A stretch of 64,000 nucleotides of DNA, from the NCBI GenBank assembly GCA_964016885.1, contig OZ024748.1:7812001-7876000 (forward strand). Direction: 5' to 3'. The position numbers and the translations under genes were made by a program. Below, piece after piece: positions 14,221 to 64,000 of the stretch (its first letter is position 1; each line of letters begins with the position of its first letter). The notes beneath the pieces were generated by a model. The model was given only the letters and a program-made list of their open reading frames with translations, made no database searches and was not told where the DNA came from. The DNA is from Eledone cirrhosa (Eukaryota).

Positions 14221-15401
14221 ATAACAGTATTTGCTTCATGGGGGTTCAGACCATCCTATATGGAAACAAAGTAAAGTTGTTACTAAACTAAATATAGACT
14301 CTGTAACAGATGATAATTTGCTTTGTTCAAAATGTATAATTCATAATTTCTCCATGACCGGAAAATCCTTTAAAAATATTTATAAATATATTTACATGAC
14401 CAAAATATATAAGAATGTTAAATAACAAGTTCAGTTAGATTTAATGTGAGAACAGGAAGAGTGATGCATGATGGATTGATGGTGGTAATAGTGGTGGTGA
14501 CAAACGACAGTGGTGGTGTTGATGACAGTGGTGATGATGATGATGACAGTGGTGGTGTTAATGACAGTGGTGGTGTTGATGATGATGATGAGGACAAATT
14601 AACTTGTTAGGTGTTTTAATAATCAGAATAAGTGAACTCTAGATCTGGCCATTAACCCCCCCCCCCCTTCCAATCTGTTCATTTACAATGTCACCAAACC
14701 CTCTACATGTGGGTTTCACATTTAAAACTTACTATGTAACCAAACTCTACATCTGCACTACACACCTAAGCCTTAATTCCTCCTCATATTTCTGTTATTT
14801 CTTTCATTTGAAGGTTGCAATGTTATCAGTTGCTTATTTCACTTCTCCTGAGCATCAAAATAATAACTTAAACATTTATCCTATCTTGCTTCTTTTGTTC
14901 TCAAGAATAAAGTCCAAACAAAGATGAGGAGATTGATTCATTGTATGTGGTATCCCTGACGAGGGGTTTACCACCATGGAACAGGAAGATGGTCATGCCG
15001 TCTGGCCTTTTGCTGTCCCATATCTGTATGAATACATATTGTGTTACCGAGACTGCACCAACATGTATACCTACATACATATATATAGACATATATATAT
15101 ACAAAGAAAGAGAGAGTGTGTGAGAGGAAGAAATTGAGAGAGAGAGAGTGTGTCCATCATCATCATCATCATAATCATTGATCTTATAGCTGCCTTTTCA
15201 TGGTGACATGAGTTGGATCAAATTTCTTAAGTCCCGCACTAACTTCTGCGAATTAACTTATATATATATGTATACACATACACATGCCCACCCACACACA
15301 TACCCACCCACACACATATATACATATATACATACACACACACACATATATATATAGAGATATATAGATATATATATACTTATATATACATATATATATA
15401 T

Positions 15402-15438
<37 letters not shown>

Positions 15439-16534
15439 ATCTTGTAAGCATGCTACCTTTAATCAGCTATAATCTGCCTTAATAGACATAGCAAAATCAA
15501 TTCAACTTTGATGTACATTGTTTGACCTTCCATTCCCTTTGTTATCGTTGTTTTGCCTATAGCACTCGATAATTACATAAGAACACATTTTTTTTTTCTC
15601 TAATCAATATAGATTTTTCAGTATATTTCATTTCAAATTTAGTCGAATGAATATTTAATTCAATATTTAATACTTCACAAGGTTTTTTTCCCCCTCATGT
15701 TTTTTACGTACATCAATGTTTTCCCCTTTTACTGTATGTTACCCTGCATTGCCCCCCTTTATCTACCCTCTTTTGATCTTTCTTTTTAAAGACATTTTTA
15801 TTTATGCAAGAGCATAAACGAACAAGATGCTACAAGGATTTTCTTTTTTCAGCATCTTATTAAAATCTTATATTTCAATACTTTCTCTATGTTGTATTAT
15901 ATTGTTGTTCTCGTTATAATTAACATAATCGTCTTCAGATGAGAAATGAAAGACTTGAAGTTATGATTAATAAAGTTTTCAGTTTATAGTAAATAAGATG
16001 TAAAAAATCTCTACTCTCTGTATTGAGTACTCTATTTTCTTCTTGTCCACAGCGTTTTGTGTGCATATACTGTGCCAGATTTTCTTGTGCTTAGGTGTCT
16101 TTAAGCACAGGGTCCCCTTGACAGGGGCGGCATATCTTCCTGACCTAAAACTTTCTTACGATGAACTCTTCAAATGTTTGGGATCTGATAACTTAACTAG
16201 CACAGGGCTTCATTTGTCCTAAATCCGACACTGTCATATATGATATATAAAGTTATATATATTAGTTTATTGATGGGGTCAATATGAGATTTAAGTTTTA
16301 TATGCACCGATTAGATATGTCTCCGCCTACTCTAATTTTGATTTCATTAGAGGGAATTATAATTATCTACCATGAGATCTATATCTTTATGAGGCATGCA
16401 CCTAAAAATTTATGTGGATACATAATCTTATTTAAAATATTGTCTAGGCATGTAACACACAGTCATGTCTAGATAAATATACACTTGTTTGTGTGTATTT
16501 TTATAAGTATGTATATACATACACATATACTCAT

Positions 16535-16722
16535 AATTGTTTCTACTTTTGGCACAAGGCCAGCAATTATTCCAGTGAATTACTGGTACTTTATTTAAAT
16601 TGACCCCGTGAGGATGAAAGGCAAAGTTAACCGCGGGATTTTAACTCAGATCATAAAGGGAGGTAACTCTATGCTTCAAAGCATGGCGTCCGACCCTCTA
16701 CCGACACTGCCAATCCGATACT
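16535..16722 (-). mobile_element. tRNA-derived SINE, second family (Nin/Deu-domain-like core)
   Basis: Reverse complement of 27591-27797 and 50597-50785; partial copies at 2306-2430, 4130-4216 and 37863-37919. Confidence 0.75.
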
Positions 16723-16834
16723 GCCACTCATAATGCGGATTGATGTGTAAATCAGCAGCTGGATTGAAGTGAGATTTGAGGCATAAACATAAAACAATGA
16801 ACCCTCATACATCGAATTAATGGGAGCGTCCATC

Positions 16835-17083
16835 ATATATATATATATATATATATACATATATGTATATATATATGTATATATATATGTATATATATAT
16901 GTATATATATATGTATGTATATATGTATGTATATATATATAAGTATATATATGTATGTATATATATATGTATATATATATATATGTATATAGAAATATAT
17001 ATGTATATATATATATGTATATATATATGTATATATATGTATATATATATATGTATATATATATGTATATATATGTATGTATA

Positions 17084-17132
<49 letters not shown>

Positions 17133-17348
17133 ATAGATATATGTATGTATGTATATAGATATATGTATGTATGTATATAGATATATGTATGTATGTATAT
17201 AGATATATGTATGTATGTATATAGATATATGTATGTATGTATATAGATATATATATGTATGTATATAGATATATATATGTATGTATATAGATGTATAGAT
17301 GTATGTATATAGATGTATATATAGATATATAGATATATATATGTATAG

Positions 17349-17420
<72 letters not shown>
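16835..17420. repeat. Compound (TA)n/(TATG)n/(TAGA)n microsatellite
   Basis: Direct reading. Confidence 0.95.
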
Positions 17421-17422
<2 letters not shown>

Positions 17423-17903
17423 TAATTCTAGTGCTCTGTATTATATATGAGTATTTATGTTATTACTATTTCTGTATGTAAAAATCCTTCGAATTAGCTA
17501 CCAATAAATAACTATATGTTCAATTAAACGTTTTGTATATATAAAAAATTCCTATTGAATATATATACTGTTTATATATTTATTAAAATAACATTAAAGT
17601 TTAAGCAATCATTTAAGAATCGCTGCTTTATATTTATCCTTATTGAGCCCTCTTCGGATTTTAGTCTTCACATTTATTATTATTACTGTATATATATATA
17701 TTTTAAAATTAATTCTTTTAATTATTACTTTTCTCACTAGCTCTTTTTGATTACCAACTGTAAGGAGTACTCAATACTTCCCCTAGTCAGGTCATGGCTT
17801 ACTAGCTCTAAACGGACGTTTAAATTGAATAAATAAATAAATACCCTTTGAATTGTCATTAATTAAGACCAAGTCAGCTTATATATTTTACTTTTATTTG
17901 TAG

Positions 17904-57417
<39,514 letters not shown>

Positions 57418-58519
57418 TGTTGAAATACCACATCTACTTCTACTAAGACTTTCTAGTTCACTTGAAATGGAGTCATCCAAGATTTTCCTATGTGTGAAGA
57501 CAACTATATTTATTGACAGACATTATAGAAGAAAAATGGAAAAGATTACAGTATTTGAAGAGGATGCTATTTGTCTTAATATCCACAAATTTACTAGCTG
57601 AGGTCTATATTTTGTAGAAAGATATGTGCAAGATACCAAAAGTTCTTTTTCTGTAAATTTGTAAAAAGTGAAATAATGATGGAATGACGTGATAATAATA
57701 AGATACCATGTATTGGTTAACCTACAATGGACACTTTAACAATGTAGGCCCATCTCCAACATTCCAATTCTGTTGTCAGTCAGGGTACTTCTCCTTACCA
57801 ACCTTTTATACCAATGCAGTTTCAATATTCATTTATTTCTTCATTATCTTTAATCTCCAAATAAATTTGATTATTAATGTTTTTTAGTTTATTATTTTGA
57901 TTGCTATTACCAAAGGTATCATTTTTGTTGTCGTTGTTGTTGTTATTATTGTTATTATTATTACTATCATTATTATCATCATTATTATTATTTTTATTAT
58001 TATTATATTATTATTATAATGTTTATTATTTCGTAGTTTGTTTATTTATTTATTTATTATTTTTTTTTTATAATTTTAATATTTCAATAAAAAAAACATT
58101 ATTTTTAATAAATGAATATTGAAATTATTATATTAGCATGTAGTTTGCATATTTAAAATTGGTGAATATGTTGATTCAGTACTTAAGCAGTTGGCATGAG
58201 AATTTTTAAAAATAAATTACAATGTATATTTCAAATGAGATAATTCTCCATATTTACAGTAATATATAATCAGCATACAAGCATTATTTAAATTAGAATT
58301 ATCTCCATTGTGACAAAAATCTATGAATCTTTTTTTAATATCTCATGTCTATTTAAACTGACTGAACAACAAATTTGTGGAGATACCCTGGTATTTGTTT
58401 TCCTTGTTGATGTCCATTTTTCTTTTACTTTTTACTTTAATGTCACTTATGATTCTATTCCAAAGAAATTCTCCCTGCAGTTGCCCTGCAGCCTGAAGCG
58501 TAATTTTGTGTCTTTGTAG

Positions 58520-58556
58520 GATAACAACAGAAGTGTGTGGAATGGGAATTCGCTAG
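58520..58556 (+). CDS. PCBP3: PCBP alternative terminal exon B: (R)ITTEVCGMGIR*
   Basis: ttttgtgtctttgtag|G ATA ACA ACA GAA GTG TGT GGA ATG GGA ATT CGC TAG; phase 2; resembles vertebrate PCBP2/3 C-termini (RLSSETGGMGSS / RLTSEVTGMGTL, from recall). Confidence 0.85.
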
Positions 58557-59392
58557 GTAGATGACGTTTGGACCATTAAAATATCGAGATCACGAAAAGC
58601 CACTACAGCAATCTGATCTACCGTTATTCATAATGTTTATGTCTTATTTCATACATTTTCACGTGCTTGATCATGTGTACATTTAGTTAATCATTGTGTT
58701 TACCTACAACTATTTTCCACCGTGTTTTGTGTGAGCTACTGCGTTTGAGCACTAACCAAAATTTGTGGTGATGTCGGAATGTTTACCTTATCAAGTAGAA
58801 AGTTTAGTTGCACCTATTTCTTAAAATTATCCTGCAGTTAGGGCAGAGAGCTCAACCTTTGATGTTGGCCACTATTTCACTTATTTAAATAAGTTATTCT
58901 GTATGCTAGTGTGTGTGTAAGTGATCTGCATGTTTGCATATTTCTCAGTTTTTCTTTCTAACCCTTTAGTTAATCTATTCATTTCTATAACTCCTAAATA
59001 GTTATGAAACCCAATAATAAATTTATCTGAATACATGATACATGCATATTATTATGTAGATATATCTGTGTATACAGTATAAGTTATTATAAATAAAAGA
59101 TAATAAAGTAATCATTTTCCAATTAAACTGACAACAGGAAATCATAAGTAATTATTACTTTATATATTATTGTTATTTTGTAAGGTATAACCTTCTTTGA
59201 CAATTTTATATATAAGATAAATCTGTGGTGTTTATTTTGAAAATAAAATTGAAATTGGCTAATGCACAGAACTAGAATGTAAAACTTTCCTTTGTTAATA
59301 ATCAAAGTCCCATTTTTGTAACTAGTTATATAGATGAATCTAATACTCAGATAATTATGTATTCATAAATACTTATCTATACCTACATAAAT

Positions 59393-59438
<46 letters not shown>

Positions 59439-59826
59439 ACACACACACTGGGCATGCACACATATACACTCATATATAATGCAGAATATATAAATACATT
59501 AAGTATTCATACATATGCACATGTTCTTATGTGTAACCACAAACCAGAGTTTGCCTTGCTTACTATTTTATAGTATATCAAATATTACAGGATATTTTGA
59601 TCATGTAGTACATGGATAGTTCATCATAGCAAACCATTGAAAAGAAAACTGAAAATTAACCATTCTTAATATTTTCACAATATTTGCTTCTGAAACACAT
59701 TATTTTTATTGCAAGATTAATATCAAAACATCTTATCACATAGATATTATATTTCTGTTTTATATATATATATATACATACACACGCGCATATATATATA
59801 TATATATAAATGTGAATGTAAATATT

Positions 59827-59883
<57 letters not shown>

Positions 59884-62800
59884 GTATATAAATATATATA
59901 TACACATATATATATACACACATATATATGCATATATATACATATATAGACATGAGTTTATTTACATATTGCTCTAAAGTCGCTAGTAAATACATTACTC
60001 ACACACAAACACATACTCAGACAGACACATACAGACACACACCTATGACAATTCTATTCAAAGAATGTAGATATATATATATAGAATTATAAATGGATTT
60101 GTACTTGTTGGTTAGTTATTTTATTACATGAAATTAGTCTAGATTTTTAAATTCAAAGAATAGACTCCAAAGGAACAAATAATCCTTCTTAAGTTATCAT
60201 TTATGTACAACTGATTTTAATTTGGCTAAAAGTATGTGTCATTCTATGATGAAATATGCTTAAACATATCGCTCATACAATTAAAATGGTGATCTCATTT
60301 AACCATTTGTACAAATATACATACAACGAAATGTCTCTTGGACTTTAGTTTATCTAAAACTATCACCTTTGTCAAGTGAAGTGAGACAGTACATTGATAG
60401 TGTATATAAATGATTGCAACTTTATTCTATTTCTGTTAGAGGCAATTTATATTTATACATTTCTTCGTGTGTGTAAATGTTTATCTATTCTGATGTACAC
60501 ACACACATATCATACCAAATCTCTCACAAACATGTGTTGTATATATCAGGGTTTATTTCTTGGGGTTTCTTGATTCATTAATAACATGTTTTCCAACAGC
60601 TGAGTCCATTTTAAATGGAAAAAATCTAAAAACTTCTCACATCTATTTAAAAAAAAACGTAACTGGCTTATTTTTTATTATTCTTTTCTATGATCAAGCT
60701 GTGCCAGATCTAAATCAGATTGCTGTTGAAATATAAGCGACCAAAGATACTAAAAAGACTAAAAGTTTTCTACAATTTGGTATTGTGTTAATAGCTGGTT
60801 TCTTTGTTAGCTCTTGATTTCTCGTGGCTCGGGTATGTTTAATTATAGCTATTTGTGAAAACAGAACACAGATCATTTACTTTTCCTTGAGGATATCGCT
60901 TATAGAAAATATCTAATAGTTAAAAATTGAATCCATTTGACGAATGAATGCAAAGTAACATTGAAATTATGATACTGATAAATACAGTATTATTTTTATA
61001 TTATAATTTGATGGGAGGGGCAAATTTTGTACTATTTCTTTAATATTTGTAGTCTTTGCAAAATTAATTTGACAGTGCTAGATGGTATATTCAGATTTAG
61101 TAATTTGAAACAAAATATATACAAAATGGTAAACATGCCATTTTATTCCTTATTGTAAATAAAGGGATGGAAATTAACTGTCAATATTTTGTTCTTTGTC
61201 TTCTCAAAAAAAAGCATTCCTGTAAAAGCACTTGTAACTACACCTTGATATCAGTCACCATTTGATAATATTGTGAATGTAAGCAAAACTTTTATCTTTT
61301 TTAACATAACAAATATTTCAGCTCAAAATTTAGTTTGAATATTAATTTATTATTGGAAACATGGGCCAATACTCATCTTTAAAAAATATTGAATATAAAT
61401 ATTTCTATTGTTAAAACAATTAATTAGTTATCTCTGTAAATTCCACAACTTATGTTTGACAAAGCATGGTGCACCACAGTCCCTTTGATCACTTAGAAAA
61501 AGCTACATGTGAACAATCAAAACTAATGTATTTCTCTTGAATTCCATAATCTTCAATGAATATATTATTTTAAAATTTAGGTTTATATCCATTTGAAATA
61601 CCTGCACTGTAGTTGCCTAATGGTTGTGTGGTTTGTAAATTTCTAGTTGGTTCTTCTTGATAAAGAATGATTAAAATAAATTCTTCTACTCTTCAAAAGT
61701 CTTCTTAATTATCAGATAGTAGTAGTTTAAAATTTGAACATTTGCTCAACTTATTTTTCCAGTCTGTCTTCCGTAAAAATGTATAAATTCTTTCTTGTAA
61801 AAATTTGTTCCAAAGATAAACTATCAGTATGGTTGTTAAGAATGGATGTTATAAAAAAAAAACAAGAAAGATTATAAATAAAATATTGAGAAGATTATTT
61901 TTTTATCTTTGTGCCAAATATGGGATGTATTTGTTATTTTGATGTATGAATTTTGCAAATAATTTATCCCACGTAGATCATAACTCATATATTGACTATT
62001 TTATACATTTTAGAATTTCTATAATAATTATCAACTTAAAATTTGATATCGCACACTGTAAATGTGTTGATTCATGTAAGCAATAAATCTATTTAATCTA
62101 AAGGTAGCAAGGAGAAAATTAAGATTTCTGATTAAAAAAAAAAAATATTTTATAATTTTATTTTGTCTTATTGCTTTCTAATTGTGATATCTTTGTGTGA
62201 TATCTTTGTGATATTTTGTTATGTGAAGTGTTGTCTGTTGCATTTCATGTCGGCATTGTTAAATTTAGTTAATATTGTTTGTACTATATGCAAAAATCCT
62301 TGTAGTAGCTATAGAAGTAGTAAATATTCAGTTTGACAAAATTACCATTATAGATGGGCTCAGCTCTCATTAATACTTAACAAAGATGTGTGCTCAGCAA
62401 CAATTGCATTATTTTTTAAATTGCAGTCTATCAACATTTTTATTCTCTTTCTTATTAAATTACAGTTCATATATTTTGTTGTATGTTCTCCTTTTTAGTG
62501 TTGTCCATTTACTTCACAATTTACATCTCAGAACAGTATGTGATATTACTGTTCTGAGTGTTCAGTTTTCATTTGAAATTATTGTTGTTAATAACATTAT
62601 TTTTGCACTGTCTTATGAGAGTGATCTTTGGTTATTTATTGGCTCCATTTGGCAGAGAAATACAGAGTTAAAGTATTGATTAAAGAAATTGTTATTGCTG
62701 GAAATAAATCTACAAGCAACGTGATGGACAAAAATATCAATTTTAAAATGATAGATTATGTTAAGATATATTTTGTTTTCTCTAAACAGAAAATATCATT

Positions 62801-63881
62801 CCCCACTCCCACCAAAATATCCCCTAAAAAAACAAAAAACAAAAACGAAAAACAAAAAAACTACAAAAAAATATATATATATATATTATATTCTTTGAGT
62901 TGGAATAAATAGTCTGTTGAAAAGTTTATCAGGTCGATGACAGTAATGATGATGATGGTTGTGGTAGTGGTGGTGAAGAGGATGATAATGGTGTTAATTA
63001 GGTTGAAGACTAATAAAAAAAAAAGATAAGTTATCCAGACTAACTACACATATTTGCATTATATTTTTGCCAGTAATTTTTTTTTTAGTCTTTCATCATT
63101 AAAATTCTATAATATCCCACTTTAATGGAAACAAAATTTGGCTTTGAAAGATTATCAAAATGTTTTCTCTCCCTGAAAAATGATCAAACAATGCTTAATA
63201 ATTGTAAAACACAAAATGAGATGTGAGTTGTAATTCGGCACAAATGTATAACTATCAATGTAAATTGTGCAAAAAAAAACCCCCAAAAAACCAAAAAAAC
63301 CACTGTTCCTGAATATCTGTGTCTTCTGAATAGAAACTTCTATCAAAAATTAATCTCAGAAAATAATTTTTGTTGGTTTTATTTTCCATTATGTAACATT
63401 ATTGTTTCTATTAAGGAATGAAATTACTATTCTCATTCAAAATTTTTAACTTTTTCTCTAATTATAATTTTTGTAATTGTATTTTACAAAAAAAAAAAAA
63501 ATGTATTTTGATATTTTATACTTATTTATTGAAATTGAAACATGAATTATTCTCTGCTTGTGTATTCAAGAACTTCAATTGGTTAAATGAGATCCTGTGA
63601 TAACCCATGAGCCAATGAAAATCTATGCATTGCACTTCGCCTTAGAAGCATCAGCTCTTTAAAATGTTTTTTCCTAAGCTAGTTTGCTGCATTATGCCTT
63701 ATGATGTCGAAGTAAAGTCATATAAAGGTCACCATAGAATCAACTAGTACCACAGAATGGTAGATTAGTTTTACTCATATTAATATATTAAATATATAAA
63801 TTTCTTAAATTCTCAAATGTAAGTTTGTACTGGTATAAGTGCCTCTATGTGAAGATACATATGTACATACACACACATATG

Positions 63882-63936
<55 letters not shown>

Positions 63937-64000
63937 AGTTTATGTTGGTTGTATACCAACACCTCAGTATGCAGGCTGGAGCACTCGACGAAGTGCGCAG

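Noticed and set aside
58560-64000. Short ORFs and multiple AATAAA downstream of exon B
   Set aside because: AT-rich low-complexity sequence; the true poly(A) site and any further gene cannot be determined from sequence alone.

Overview
AT-rich, microsatellite-dense animal genomic DNA. The repeat landscape looks octopus/coleoid cephalopod-like, which is an inference. Almost all listed ORFs are microsatellite artefacts. The window holds most of one spliced plus-strand gene, a poly(rC)-binding protein (PCBP/hnRNP E/Drosophila mub family, three KH domains). Eight internal coding exons lie at 17904-30612, followed by a 26.5-kb intron and at least two alternative terminal exons: 57165-57417 ending ...ERAKFAPY* and 58520-58556 encoding RITTEVCGMGIR*. 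The start of KH1 was not found and probably lies upstream of the window. The introns contain tRNA-derived SINEs, RTE and CR1/L2 LINE relics, piggyBac- and Tc1-type MITEs and minisatellites. The most striking signal is a set of at least eight sequence-unrelated short elements, usually inserted in (TA)n tracts and often built as an inverted repeat plus a single-copy tail. They carry type-I hammerhead-ribozyme folds, including U3-A8 core covariation, a recurrent U4A variant, and an extended helix III with palindromic loops and compensatory changes. Several near-intact copies are on the sense strand of the PCBP pre-mRNA. All folds and alignments were done by eye.
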